DNA of 40,259 nucleotides from Candidatus Micrarchaeota archaeon (GCA_023256515.1 JAGDYD010000031.1:1-40259), one strand, 5' to 3'. Shown: positions 24,845 to 35,029, counted from the first letter of the stretch. Program-made: numbers and translations. Notes: generated from the letters alone by a model not told the origin.

Positions 24845-25932
24845 ATGAAAAATATGATAAAAATAGGAATGATAGGATTCAGCTATGAATTTGGCTCAGA
24901 AGGGGGAGACGCTAGCCAAAAAGCGAGAAGTACATCAAAAATAATTAGGAATCTTTACGCTTCGCTAGAGAAATTGAGCAATAAAGGCATAAAAGTAGAA
25001 AAGATAGAGATCAAAGATGGCTTTGCTAGAAAGTATTTTGGAGAGAACATCGCTATGTATATAGCCACTCTTTTCATGGATTTCAGCAAATATAATATTG
25101 TTTTAATACCATTGCCCCGGCTTATGTTTCCTTTATTCAGGAATGACACAAAATTTGTAAGTATAATTCATGGTTTCAACGAAATAGACACCATGGATTA
25201 CCCTTTTCTTAAAAGGATTGGAAAAAGGGTTTTAGACAACTTAATTATAAAGGCAGCAAAGAAAAACGGCTACGCATTAGTAATCTCATCACTTGTAGAA
25301 AAAGACATAATAGAGAGAGGATTTGACAAAAATAAGATATTCTATATAGGAAATGCAATAGAAGACAAATACTTTACAGAGCCAAAAAACAATAAAAAGG
25401 GCAGAAAGTTTATTGTTGGCTATGTGGGCACAATGAGAAAAAGGAAGAACATAAAGTTTGCAATCGAGGGATTCCAAAAACTAGAAGGGGATGATTATGA
25501 ATTTCATATATATGGCAATCCAATAATAAGAGATGGGGAAATAGCTAAACTTGTTTCTAAAGATAGCAGGATCAAATTGATGGGCTTTGCTCCAGAAGAG
25601 AAATTAGTAAGCATATATGACTCTTTTGACGCAATGGTATTCCCGACACTATATGAAGTTTTTGAGTTGCCAATACTAGAAGCACAGTCAAGAGGGATAC
25701 CTGTAATAGTATATAAAATGGAAAAATTGCAGATGAAACAAAGAAATACTGCCTTAAGGCTGAAACGCCAGAAGATATGGCAAAAATAATAAAAGAACTT
25801 AAAGAAAATGGATATGATCCGCGCTTAAAAGAAGAAGCAAAGAAGCATGCAAGAGAATTTACATTTGACAATCTAGCAAAAAGAGTTTTGGAAGCATGCA
25901 AAAAGATAAGTGAAGAAAGGATTAAGCACTAG
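24845..25932 (+). pseudogene. GT-B fold glycosyltransferase (GT4-like) interrupted by a 1-nt frameshift in an A-run
   Basis: Frame 1 (24845-25789) ends in ..ILEAQSRGIPVIVYK, then gives nonsense sequence (MEKLQMKQRNTALRLKRQKIWQK) and a stop. The frame starting at 25717 reads NGKIADETKKYCLKAETPEDMAKIIKELKENGYDPRLKEEAKKHAREFTFDNLAKRVLEACKKISEERIKH, with a stop at 25930-25932, which is a typical GT4 C-terminus. Adding one A to the A4 run at 25715-25718 joins the two frames. Confidence 0.7.
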
Positions 25933-26482
25933 ACCCTTTTGCAAGGCCATGCTTGTAAGCAGCGTGTGTTATGAAAAATGCAATGAGCAGAGCTACAATC
26001 ACTAAAACCAATATATTACCTTCTTCATTCTCTCCTCTTTTTACCATCTGCACCGATTCTTGGAACCCAGAAATGTAGCTTTCTATATCAAACGCCTCGG
26101 CAAATATATTATACAATGAAATCAATATGCTCCATATGCTCCTGCTTTTGTAAGCAATTATTATAGATTGTATAGTTATTATGAAACCAAAGCCAATTAT
26201 CAATATTCCGAAAACAATAAAGTTAAGGCCTAGCACTGCGACCAATGCGTTGTATGAGATATACCCTATATAGTAAGCTAGAATGGAGAGAATGGAAAGA
26301 ACCACATAAGCCATACCTGCAAACGCAAGTCCTAGGCCAGCGTATGAGGCCACCTTTGGGAACCCGCCCCTCTTGTTTTTTCTGAGCAAAGCAATATTGT
26401 ATCCACTAGAATATGCATTCCATACAGAGATTACGAAATCGAATATTATGAAGAGAAGCATTATTATTAAGCCTATCATCAC
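25922..26482 (-). CDS. Small polytopic membrane protein, unknown function
   Basis: The 186-aa protein has 4-5 hydrophobic helices. Its ATG overlaps the upstream stop (ATGA), so it is probably co-translated with the beta-CA-like gene. Confidence 0.5.
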   Translation of the reverse strand: MMIGLIIMLLFIIFDFVISVWNAYSSGYNIALLRKNKRGGFPKVASYAGLGLAFAGMAYVVLSILSILAYYIGYISYNALVAVLGLNFIVFGILIIGFGFIITIQSIIIAYKSRSIWSILISLYNIFAEAFDIESYISGFQESVQMVKRGENEEGNILVLVIVALLIAFFITHAAYKHGLAKGSSA

Positions 26483-27168
26483 AATCGCCTCGCGTTTATT
26501 TCAATCCCATTTAGCAAAGGGTTTAGCTTTAGTTTCTTAAGGTCTGCTTCTACACCCCTATATTCGCTTGCGTATAAAGCAATTATTTCTCCTTTCTTTA
26601 TGCCCAATACCTTAGTCGCTATCTCTATATCTACCATCTTTTCTTCTAAGCTTTTGCTTTGGATTACATATGTATTAAACATTTCCTCTTTATTTAATAT
26701 CTGGCCATATTTTAAACTGCTTGGGTTCATTAGAGCCATTTTGTGCTCGCCTTGCTCTTTAGGCATATCTATCTTTGAAATATCCAAAAGCTCCACTGAG
26801 CCTTTTATACCTCTCTCTTTTGAGATTTTTTCTAGCTCTGATTTTTGTATTTGGGTATTTATATTCTCTAATTCTCTTGGGTCTTTTGTTCCTGCATCAG
26901 TAAACTTCTTAACCAATGTATTAGTTGCTATTTCGCTTAATTTGAGTTCACCTTTCAAGACCTTAGAAACAGTCTTCATTGCACCGCAATCAGTATGTGT
27001 AACTACTTTTATACTCTTTATATTTTCGTCTCTAAGCAACTCGCTCAAAGTATATGATAATCCACTTACATTTGCCCCTGCATTTCTCAAAAGTATTGTG
27101 TTGCCACTATTTAGCGAATCGAGATACGCGTTAAGGCGCCTATCCATGCAAGATATTAATATTTCCAC
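26479..27168 (-). CDS. Beta-class carbonic anhydrase-like protein with a divergent C-terminal extension
   Basis: ILISCMDRRL...ILLRNAGANV...IKVVTHTDCGAMK reproduces the beta-CA pattern (C-x-D-x-R ... RNAGN ... H-x-x-C-G). The last roughly 130 aa match nothing I recognise. Confidence 0.55.
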   Translation of the reverse strand: MEILISCMDRRLNAYLDSLNSGNTILLRNAGANVSGLSYTLSELLRDENIKSIKVVTHTDCGAMKTVSKVLKGELKLSEIATNTLVKKFTDAGTKDPRELENINTQIQKSELEKISKERGIKGSVELLDISKIDMPKEQGEHKMALMNPSSLKYGQILNKEEMFNTYVIQSKSLEEKMVDIEIATKVLGIKKGEIIALYASEYRGVEADLKKLKLNPLLNGIEINARRL

Positions 27169-27225
27169 ACAAACACCAGGAATACATAGAATAATAGAAT
27201 TTTCTATATAATTTTATAAATAGAT

Positions 27226-27813
27226 ATGGAAGAAAAAGAACTTGAGGTTTTAAAGAGATACAACCAAATTTATCTAGAGATAATAATGCGATATAAGGAT
27301 TACATAGAAGAAAATGAGAATCTTTATGTTGCTGAATTGCCTAAGCTCATAACACCATATGAAGAAAGTGTAGTAGGAGTTGCAAACAAGATAAAGAACT
27401 CTTTTCCTCTTTACAAATATGAAGAAAATTTTAGCGATGCATTTAGGCTTGCTTATAGCTACGTAAAAGATGAAATTTTGCTTGTCAATCTGCCAATACA
27501 GTTCTGGCTTAAGCCTGAAGAGGTAATAAGATGTGGTGCTGGAGATATATTTGACAAGGCAACGCTTCTTTGCAGCATACTTATAGCTTTAGGCAACGTA
27601 TCCACAAAATTGGTAATAAAAGCAGGAGAATCGGAAAGAAGCTTTGTAGTCTATTCTGAATTTAACAACCATATAATAGCCGCAGACCTTGAAAAAGGAG
27701 TTAAAGAATATAGCAGCAGAGAAGAGCTCTTCAAAGAAATGGGTTTAGATAAATTAAGCGACGATATAACAGCATATGAATTCAATGATAAAATGTACAA
27801 TTCTATAGCTTAA
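27226..27813 (+). CDS. Hypothetical protein, possibly transglutaminase-like cysteine protease fold
   Basis: RCGAGDIFDKATLLCSILIALGNVSTKLVI, followed by ..FNNHIIAADLE.., loosely resembles the Cys and His regions of transglutaminase-like domains. The evidence is weak. Confidence 0.35.
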   Translation: MEEKELEVLKRYNQIYLEIIMRYKDYIEENENLYVAELPKLITPYEESVVGVANKIKNSFPLYKYEENFSDAFRLAYSYVKDEILLVNLPIQFWLKPEEVIRCGAGDIFDKATLLCSILIALGNVSTKLVIKAGESERSFVVYSEFNNHIIAADLEKGVKEYSSREELFKEMGLDKLSDDITAYEFNDKMYNSIA

Positions 27814-28826
27814 TCAAAAGTTTCTATCCTTGGCCAGTTTATTGCTTCCCCCGCTTTTGCTATCTCTTCTGTGCTCCTTGATAGCCTGCTATAAGAAAGA
27901 GTACCTATTGTAATTAATGAGAGCACGCTTATGGCCAACAAATAAGAAGAATTAAGCGTGAGGTATTCATAGCTTGATATTATTAATACAAAAGAATCAA
28001 TTACCCAGCTTAAGTAGAACCACCTATCACTTTTTGCAAAAAGAATCAAGCCAGCCAATGCTGAAAATAAAACAACAAGCAGATTTATGAAAGAAAGGCC
28101 GTAGCTATAAGTGAGATTATCCAAAAATCCAGAGAACCCAACGCTGCTTATATAATTTACGAGAAACTTGGCTTGAGGATATACAAAATAACCCATTATT
28201 AATGCATTTGCAATTAGGAAGAAGCTCGACAATGCGATGAAAGAATTAAACTTTATTTGTGTTAAGCTCTGTGCTGAGCCAGAAACTTTATCTATATCCT
28301 CTAAGCAGTAGAATGCACCCTGATACTCAACAAGATCGGCGTAGCAGAAAGGCCTTTTGCAATAGTTGCATATTGCATATGCAGGCCTCCATGGATGATT
28401 AACACAGAACATGTTTTTTGCTGCCTCCATGCTTTCTTTTTCTAGCTTGTTGTATTTCTTACCTCCTTCCCGCGGCTTAACCTCCTGCGTTTGGCTTATA
28501 TAGTTTGGAGTAAAAAGAGGCGTATTTTCCTCTTCGCTCTCCGGAGTAGAAGGTATATTTTCTATGTTTATTATATTCTCTTTGTTAAATAGGCTTTGCT
28601 TGCTTTCTGCACTTTGTTTAGCTTTATTTTGGACTAAGCTAGGCTTAACTTGCGGCGCTTGTTGCTTAGCTACCATTTCTTGCTTGGGCTGAGCTAGATT
28701 TGTATTTTGCACACTTTGCACATTTGTGGGCTGCTTTTGGATCTGCTGCTTTGCAATATTTTGAGGAGCAGTTGTCATACCCCTAAGCTTGAAAATTAGC
28801 AGCTCATTGGGGTCAACAACCACCAA
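27810..28826 (-). CDS. Membrane protein with a Q/K-rich N-terminal region and a B-box-like zinc finger
   Basis: The cysteine and histidine cluster is CVNHPWRPAYAICNYCKRPFCYADLVEYQGAFYCLEDI. Four to five hydrophobic helices follow. The start is uncertain (TTG at 28826 or ATG at 28778). It lies 6 nt downstream of eS26 on the same strand. Confidence 0.5.
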   Translation of the reverse strand: MVVVDPNELLIFKLRGMTTAPQNIAKQQIQKQPTNVQSVQNTNLAQPKQEMVAKQQAPQVKPSLVQNKAKQSAESKQSLFNKENIINIENIPSTPESEEENTPLFTPNYISQTQEVKPREGGKKYNKLEKESMEAAKNMFCVNHPWRPAYAICNYCKRPFCYADLVEYQGAFYCLEDIDKVSGSAQSLTQIKFNSFIALSSFFLIANALIMGYFVYPQAKFLVNYISSVGFSGFLDNLTYSYGLSFINLLVVLFSALAGLILFAKSDRWFYLSWVIDSFVLIISSYEYLTLNSSYLLAISVLSLITIGTLSYSRLSRSTEEIAKAGEAINWPRIETFD

Positions 28827-28832
28827 AACACC

Positions 28833-29057
28833 TCAGAAAGGCTTCCTTTTTGCCATCTCTTTCTTCTTTTCGAATATTTTTGAATGCTTAGCGCAGCTTA
28901 TACAATAATAAACCTTTCTTTTTTCAAAGAATTTTACATCGCTGCCTGTATGTGTTTCTGTGTCGAATCGTATAACCTTTTCAAAAACCACTGCTTTGCT
29001 CCTTGGAACTTTTCTTCCACAGTTGTCGCATGTCACTAGCGGCTCTTTTCCTCTCAA
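28833..29057 (-). CDS. rps26e: Ribosomal protein eS26
   Basis: TCDNCGRKVPRSKAV and YYCISCAKHSKIF match the two conserved CxxC regions of eS26 (compare eukaryotic RCTNCARCVPKDKAI and HYCVSCAIHSKVV). The TTG start is preceded by AAGGGTG. Confidence 0.75.
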   Translation of the reverse strand: MRGKEPLVTCDNCGRKVPRSKAVVFEKVIRFDTETHTGSDVKFFEKRKVYYCISCAKHSKIFEKKKEMAKRKPF

Positions 29058-29208
29058 TAAAACACCCTTTTTTTCATATTTATTCGTTTGTTTAGGTTTA
29101 TATACCTTTAGAGTATTAAAGCTATACTACTAAAACCCATACTATATATGGAAAAGATTATTAACTTGTATTTGCTAATTTTTGATTAGTAATAAAATTG
29201 GTGGTTAA

Positions 29209-29778
29209 TTGAAGGTATACCTAATAGGAGACCAAAAAGATGCTATAGAAGATGCTGCAGAAGCACTATCAGAAAAGGGATTTGGAGTTATAGCAAAGGA
29301 AGTAAGAGACGAAGAGCAGCTATCTAAAGAAGTAGAGGATTCTATAAAAAATGGATATGTATTTGTAATAGCAAAAGACCCCATAAAAGCAAATATAAGC
29401 TTGAATAAAATAGATGAAATAAGCGCTGCACAGTGCAATGGAAAATACGATGTTGAGCTTGCAAAATACAATAATGTAAATGTGATAATAATAAATGATG
29501 CTTCAAAAAAAGAAGAGATAATTGATTCTTTCTTTGAATCTTTTGATATTAAAAAGCAAGAAAAGGCAAAAAGCGAGGAGCAGAAATTAAATAAAAAGAA
29601 GGTAAAGGGCTATAAGGAGATAATAGAAAAGGTAGATGAAATAAGCAAAGAAGATGCAAAAATAGAAGATGAAAAAGAGGAGGCTGAAGAAGATAGAGGT
29701 CAAGATGAAAGCAAAGGCACAAGCCAAAGTAAGAAAGGCTTCCTAAGCTCAATAAAAGATGCGCTTGGCATAGAATAA
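29209..29778 (+). CDS. RpiB/LacAB-like fold protein (catalytic motif not evident) with a K/E-rich tail
   Basis: MKVYLIGDQ..., then VFVIAKDPIKANISLNKIDEISAAQCNGKYDVELAKYNNVNVIIIN, resembles the RpiB region ..[37 protein letters not shown]. The CGTGIG-type active-site segment is not conserved. The TTG start follows GGTGG (29200-29204). Confidence 0.35.
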   Translation: MKVYLIGDQKDAIEDAAEALSEKGFGVIAKEVRDEEQLSKEVEDSIKNGYVFVIAKDPIKANISLNKIDEISAAQCNGKYDVELAKYNNVNVIIINDASKKEEIIDSFFESFDIKKQEKAKSEEQKLNKKKVKGYKEIIEKVDEISKEDAKIEDEKEEAEEDRGQDESKGTSQSKKGFLSSIKDALGIE

Positions 29779-29787
29779 GGTATTGAT

Positions 29788-30108
29788 ATGGATGCTGACT
29801 TAAGCTGCAAAAAAATACAAAAATTAGTATTGCCGGCAATAAGAGTAGCTATAGCAGAGGAGCTTAGCAAAAAGTATGATTATACGCAGGAAGAAATAGC
29901 AAAGAAGCTTGGAGTAGTACAAGTAGCTGTGAGCAAATATCTAAATGGTAGATATTCAAAAGAGATAGAGAAGATAGCAGATTATATAAAATCAAAAGGT
30001 CTTGCAAATAATATTGTATTAAACATAGTAAATAAAGAAAGTAAAGAAAAAATTGAAAATGAGATAATGGCTCTTTGCGAAAACAAAGAGCTTCTTTCTA
30101 TTGCTTAA
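29788..30108 (+). CDS. Small helix-turn-helix transcriptional regulator
   Basis: [24 protein letters not shown] is a classic HTH recognition segment. The protein is 106 aa. Confidence 0.55.
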   Translation: MDADLSCKKIQKLVLPAIRVAIAEELSKKYDYTQEEIAKKLGVVQVAVSKYLNGRYSKEIEKIADYIKSKGLANNIVLNIVNKESKEKIENEIMALCENKELLSIA

Positions 30109-30118
30109 AGGCGATAAA

Positions 30119-31384
30119 ATGAGCGAAGAATTAGATCCTTTTGTAATAGCCCAAAAGCAGCTCGACTTGGCTGCCGAAGTAATGGGTCTTGACCCACAGG
30201 CTCATGCAATATTGAGAGAGCCTATGCAAACAGTAATAGTAAACATACCTGTAAAGATGAGGGATGGTTCGACAAAGACATTCACAGGATTCAGGGTTCT
30301 TTACAACAATGCAAGAGGCCCTGGAAAAGGAGGGATAAGATATCATCCAGAAGAAAATCTGAGTACAGTAAAGGCCCTCGCTGCATGGATGACTTGGAAG
30401 ACATCATTAGCAAACATACCTTATGGAGGTGCAAAAGGAGGTATAATATGTGATCCAAAGAGCATGAATGAGCAGGAGCTTGAAAACCTTTCTCGCGGCT
30501 ATATAAGGGCTTTGGCAAATTTCATAGGCAAAGACATTGATATACCTGCTCCAGATGTATATACCACGCCACAGATAATGGCCTGGATGATGGATGAATA
30601 CAGCAAAATAAAGGGCTACAATGAGTTCGGAGTAATAACAGGAAAGCCTCTTGAGGTTTGGGGAAGCGAAGGAAGAGGCGATTCCACAGCCATGGGTGGC
30701 ATGTTTGTAATGAGGGAAGCTGCAAAGATGCTAGGCATTGACTTGAAGAAGGCGAAGATTGCTGTGCAAGGATTCGGAAATGCTGGCATGTATGCATACA
30801 CACTTTCAAAAAAGCTTTTTGGCTCAAATGTAGTTGCAATAAGTGATTCAAAAGGAGGCGTATATGATCCAAATGGATTGGATTTGGATAAATTGCTAAA
30901 GGCAAAGCAGGAGACAGGAAGCGTAATGAACTATGAAGGTGGAGAAAAAATATCAAATGAAGAACTGCTTGAGCTTGATGTAGATATATTGATACCTGCG
31001 GCAATAGAGAACCAGATAAGGGCAGACAATGCAGACAAGATAAAGGCAAAAATGGTACTTGAGCTTGCAAATGGCCCAGTAACACCAGAGGCAGACCAAA
31101 TACTTTTCGAAAAAGGAATATTAGACTTGCCAGACTTCTTGGTAAACAGCGGCGGCGTCATAGGCTCATACTTTGAATGGGTGCAGAACATAGGAGGCTA
31201 TTACTGGACTGCAGAGGAAGTATACAATAAACTAGACAAAATAATAACAAAGTCATTCTATGACACTATAGCGACTCAGAAAAGCTACAAAGAGAAAGGC
31301 AAGAAGATAAGCCCAAGGACGGCAGCTTACATAATAGCAGTAGACAGAGTTGCGAAGGCTATGAAAGCGAGAGGCTGGTATTGA
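30119..31384 (+). CDS. gdhA: Glutamate dehydrogenase
   Basis: The family motifs are present: [20 protein letters not shown] and the dinucleotide fold [11 protein letters not shown] chose the ATG at 30119 (MSEELDPF...); the track start at 30101 is a TTG inside the previous gene. Confidence 0.95.
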   Translation: MSEELDPFVIAQKQLDLAAEVMGLDPQAHAILREPMQTVIVNIPVKMRDGSTKTFTGFRVLYNNARGPGKGGIRYHPEENLSTVKALAAWMTWKTSLANIPYGGAKGGIICDPKSMNEQELENLSRGYIRALANFIGKDIDIPAPDVYTTPQIMAWMMDEYSKIKGYNEFGVITGKPLEVWGSEGRGDSTAMGGMFVMREAAKMLGIDLKKAKIAVQGFGNAGMYAYTLSKKLFGSNVVAISDSKGGVYDPNGLDLDKLLKAKQETGSVMNYEGGEKISNEELLELDVDILIPAAIENQIRADNADKIKAKMVLELANGPVTPEADQILFEKGILDLPDFLVNSGGVIGSYFEWVQNIGGYYWTAEEVYNKLDKIITKSFYDTIATQKSYKEKGKKISPRTAAYIIAVDRVAKAMKARGWY

Positions 31385-31385
31385 T

Positions 31386-33119
31386 TTATTTCTTTCTTTT
31401 TTCAAGGAATTTTTTCAACTGGTCGTAGCTCATTGTGTTTATTACCTCTTCCTTTTTTGTCCATCCACGCCTAGCCATTCCTACTCCTAGCCTCATATAA
31501 TCAAAATGTGATAGTCTATGAGCATCCAAACCTATTGAAAACATAAGCCCGTATTCCCTTGCTTTAAATATACCCTCATCATTTAAATCTAGCCTATTTG
31601 GGAATGCGTTTATTTCTACAACTACCCCGTTTTCTTTAGCTGCTTCAAAAACCTTGTCAAAATCGAACTGTATAGGCTCCCTTTCGCCAATAAGCCTATC
31701 AGTAGGATGCGCCAATATATCAACATATCCAGACTCTATGGCTTTTATTATCCTTTTTGTCATGCTTTCCTTGTCCATATTTATATTTGTATGAACAGCC
31801 CCTATAACATAGTCCATCATCTTGAGCGTTTTTGGCTCTAGATCTAGAGAGCCATCTTTCAATATATCAACCTCGCCGCTTTTCAGTATCTTTATATTCT
31901 CATATTTTTCTGCAATCTTGTCTATATATGAAAGATATTCCTGGAATTCTTTGTCATTCATGCCATTTGCAACATGCTCGCTCTTAGAATGATCAGAGAA
32001 TCCAATGTATGAATAACCTCTTTTTATAGCCTCTTCAATAACATCCTCCATCTCATTTGCGCCATCGCTAAATTTTGTATGCGTATGCAAATTGCCTTTG
32101 ATATCTCTTAGCTCTATTAGCTTTGGCAATTTGTGCTCCAATGCCAATTCTACTTCTCCTCTTGCCTCCCTCATCTCCGGCTCAATATAATCCATACCTA
32201 GCTTATTGTATACCTCTTCCTCTGTAGCACCTGCTATCATCTTTCCTTTAGAGTCAAAAAGACCGTATTCATTAAGCTTATAGCCTTTCTTTACTGCTAT
32301 TTTTCTTACCTCTATGCCATGCTCTTTGCTGCCTGTAAAGTATTGAAGTGCTGCTCCAAAGCTTTTTTCTTCTACAACCCTTATGTCGCAGCTAAGCCCT
32401 ATCTTAAGCCAGACTGTTGTTTTTGTGCTACCTTTAGCAATTGTGCTCTCCACCTCTGGCAGATTTGTTACAAAATCCATAACTTCTGTTGGCTTATCTG
32501 ATGTTACCAATATATCAAGATCGCCGACTGTTTCCTTCATTCTTCTTGTTGAGCCGGCTATTACTGCTTTTATTGCAAGCTTAGAGCCTAGAAGCTTATT
32601 CACTATTCTTTCAGCCTCAGGAAGTGCAACGCCAAGGAGCATGCGCTTGCTCGTCTCTTCAAGCATAGCAATTCCTTTTGCTATTTCATTCTCGCTTTTT
32701 TCGCCAAAACCTTCCAAATCTCTTATTTTGTGCTCGCTTACTGCTTTTTTGAGATCTTCTATATTCTTTATACCAAGCTCTTTATACAATTTGAAAATCT
32801 TCTTTGGGCCCAATCCCTGTATACTTGAAAGAGTCTTGAAGTCTATAGGGTATTTTTTCTTGAGCTCCTCGTATTTTTGAATTTTTCCTGTTTCTATGAA
32901 TTCTCTTATCCTATCAGCAAGCCCTTTCCCTATTCCAGGCAGTTTTTGAAGCCCTTCTATGCCTTCTTTTTTTAATATATCCCCAACATCTTCTTGCAAT
33001 GTAGAAATAGTTATTGCTGCCTTCCTATAAGCCCTTACCTCGAAAGAATGCTCTGTGCCTTCTAGCTCCATCATGTCTGCTATCTCATTAAATATCTCTG
33101 CTATTTGCTTGTTGTACAC
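31386..33119 (-). CDS. polX: Family X DNA polymerase with C-terminal PHP domain (PolX)
   Basis: It has the N-terminal MYNKQIAEIFNEIADMMELEG, HhH motifs (LPGIGKGLADRI, IQGLGPKKIFKL), the palm motif GSTRRMKETVGDLDILV and the PHP motif GNLHTHTKFSDGA. Confidence 0.9.
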   Translation of the reverse strand: MYNKQIAEIFNEIADMMELEGTEHSFEVRAYRKAAITISTLQEDVGDILKKEGIEGLQKLPGIGKGLADRIREFIETGKIQKYEELKKKYPIDFKTLSSIQGLGPKKIFKLYKELGIKNIEDLKKAVSEHKIRDLEGFGEKSENEIAKGIAMLEETSKRMLLGVALPEAERIVNKLLGSKLAIKAVIAGSTRRMKETVGDLDILVTSDKPTEVMDFVTNLPEVESTIAKGSTKTTVWLKIGLSCDIRVVEEKSFGAALQYFTGSKEHGIEVRKIAVKKGYKLNEYGLFDSKGKMIAGATEEEVYNKLGMDYIEPEMREARGEVELALEHKLPKLIELRDIKGNLHTHTKFSDGANEMEDVIEEAIKRGYSYIGFSDHSKSEHVANGMNDKEFQEYLSYIDKIAEKYENIKILKSGEVDILKDGSLDLEPKTLKMMDYVIGAVHTNINMDKESMTKRIIKAIESGYVDILAHPTDRLIGEREPIQFDFDKVFEAAKENGVVVEINAFPNRLDLNDEGIFKAREYGLMFSIGLDAHRLSHFDYMRLGVGMARRGWTKKEEVINTMSYDQLKKFLEKRKK

Positions 33120-33223
33120 GAATTATTTTATCTACAAAAAATTAGATAAAGCTAAGCTTGTTGCAAAAATAGAAAAGTATTTTATTTTATTCAGAGATAT
33201 AATATTACCCTAGGGTGTTTAAA

Positions 33224-34258
33224 ATGGAAGACCTTCTCAATGCCGCTATGAGTGGCATAGATGAAAGCGAGCTTTTTAAGCCAAGGATAGCGGTTGCAGG
33301 AGTTGGCGGTGGCGGAAATAATACAGTAAACAGGCTTAGCACTCTCGATATTAAAGGTGCAAGCCTATATGCATTCAATACTGATTCTAAACATTTGAAT
33401 ATGCTAAATCCTTCAATTAAGAAATTGGCTATAGGCTATTCTTTGACACACGGCCTTGGTGCTGGAGGCTTTCCTGAGATAGGAGAGAAGGCTGCAGAGC
33501 TTAGCAGAAGCGAAATAGAATTGCTAATAAAAGATGTTAACATGCTTTTCCTGTGCGCTGGCATGGGAGGCGGCACAGGAACAGGAGCAGCTCCTGTAGT
33601 TGCCAGAATAGCCAAAGAAAATGGAGCTATAGTTGTTGGCATAGTGACTTTGCCTTTTGCACTAGAAAAGGTTAGATTTGAGGTAGCAAAGAAAGGAATA
33701 GAAAAATTAAGGCAGAATGTTGATACTTTGATAATTATAGATAACCAAAGGCTTGTATCACTTTATCCAAACTTGGCAATAGAGCAGGCATTCATGCTTG
33801 CTGATGAAATAACTGCAAGGGCTGTTAGGGGCATTACAGAAGCAATAACTCAGCCTAGCTTGATAAATCTTGACTTTGCAGACGTGAGAAGCATTATGAG
33901 TGGTGGAGGCATATCAATGATAAGCGTAGGCAGCGCACAAGGGCCAGATAGGGTAAATGAAGTGGTAAGAGACACGCTTAAGAATAAATTGCTTGATGTC
34001 AATTATGAAGGTGCTACTGGAGTATTGCTTCACATAACAGGAGGGCCAGATATGACTCTTGGAGAAGCAAATGAGATAGGCTCTAAATTGACTGAATTCG
34101 TGTCGCCTAATGCAAATGTAACATGGGGAGCAAGGTTAGACAATGACTACCAGGGCAGAGTTGAAGTAATAGCTATATTTACTGGCGTTACAAGCCCATC
34201 AATACTTGGCAAGAAGAAAGAGGACGAAGGAGAAGACCTTGGCCTAGGCTACATATAA
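33224..34258 (+). CDS. ftsZ: Cell division GTPase FtsZ
   Basis: It has the tubulin signature GMGGGTGTGAAPVVA, plus GVGGGGNN and DFADV motifs. I used the ATG at 33224; an upstream GTG at 33215 is also possible. Confidence 0.95.
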   Translation: MEDLLNAAMSGIDESELFKPRIAVAGVGGGGNNTVNRLSTLDIKGASLYAFNTDSKHLNMLNPSIKKLAIGYSLTHGLGAGGFPEIGEKAAELSRSEIELLIKDVNMLFLCAGMGGGTGTGAAPVVARIAKENGAIVVGIVTLPFALEKVRFEVAKKGIEKLRQNVDTLIIIDNQRLVSLYPNLAIEQAFMLADEITARAVRGITEAITQPSLINLDFADVRSIMSGGGISMISVGSAQGPDRVNEVVRDTLKNKLLDVNYEGATGVLLHITGGPDMTLGEANEIGSKLTEFVSPNANVTWGARLDNDYQGRVEVIAIFTGVTSPSILGKKKEDEGEDLGLGYI

Positions 34259-34368
34259 CAAAATCTATCCAAGAAGCTTGATAATATTACTGGATTTTAG
34301 AAAGCTTTATATACCTGCTCAAACTAAAATTAATTTACTACATTCACTGCTACTTTTAAGGTGATATT

Positions 34369-35025
34369 GTGGGTTTCCTAAATGAAAAAGATGTAAAATA
34401 CATAAAAGAATTGTTCGAAAAGAACCTAGATGGAGAAGTAAATTTGATGCTTTTTGTCGATTCTCCTGAAAAGTGCCAATACTGCAAAGATACAATAGAG
34501 TTGCTTACAGAATTAGCCAATACTAGCCCAAAGATAAAGCTTACAGTATATGACATAAACAAAAATCAGAAAGAGGCAAAATTCCTTGGAGTAGACAAAG
34601 TGCCAGGGTTGGTAATAGGCGGTAAAAAGATATACAATGCTTATTACTTTGGCATTCCAGCAGGCCATGAGTTTGCAGCTTTGCTTGAAGACATAATAGA
34701 TGCTTCAAAAGGTGCAACAAGGCTTTCAGCTTCTACAAGGGAGAAGATAAAGAATATAAAAGAGCCTGTAGAGATAAAGGTGTTTGTAACACCAACATGC
34801 CCTTATTGCCCTAGAGCAGTAAGAACTGCACACCAGTTTGCAATGGAGAATGATAAGATAAAAGGTGCAATGATAGAGTCTATGGAATTTTATGATTTGG
34901 CAAACCAGTATGGAGTCATGGCAGTTCCAAAAATAGTAATAAATGACTCTGTCTCGTTTGAGGGGGCATTGCCTGAAGAGGAATTCTTGGAATATGTGCT
35001 CTCAGCATTAGATGGAAAGAAGTGA
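34369..35025 (+). CDS. Protein disulfide oxidoreductase (two thioredoxin-fold units, glutaredoxin-like)
   Basis: Two CxxC sites (CQYC and CPYC) are spaced as in archaeal PDO. The GTG start at 34369 follows AAGGTGA (34358-34364). Confidence 0.85.
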   Translation: MGFLNEKDVKYIKELFEKNLDGEVNLMLFVDSPEKCQYCKDTIELLTELANTSPKIKLTVYDINKNQKEAKFLGVDKVPGLVIGGKKIYNAYYFGIPAGHEFAALLEDIIDASKGATRLSASTREKIKNIKEPVEIKVFVTPTCPYCPRAVRTAHQFAMENDKIKGAMIESMEFYDLANQYGVMAVPKIVINDSVSFEGALPEEEFLEYVLSALDGKK

Positions 35026-35029
35026 AGAG

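Noticed and set aside
26600-33000. Long opposite-strand ORFs 26600-27211, 30522-31085, 30931-31191 and 32383-32880
   Set aside because: Each sits fully inside a confidently identified gene on the other strand (beta-CA-like, gdhA, polX). None has a recognisable motif.
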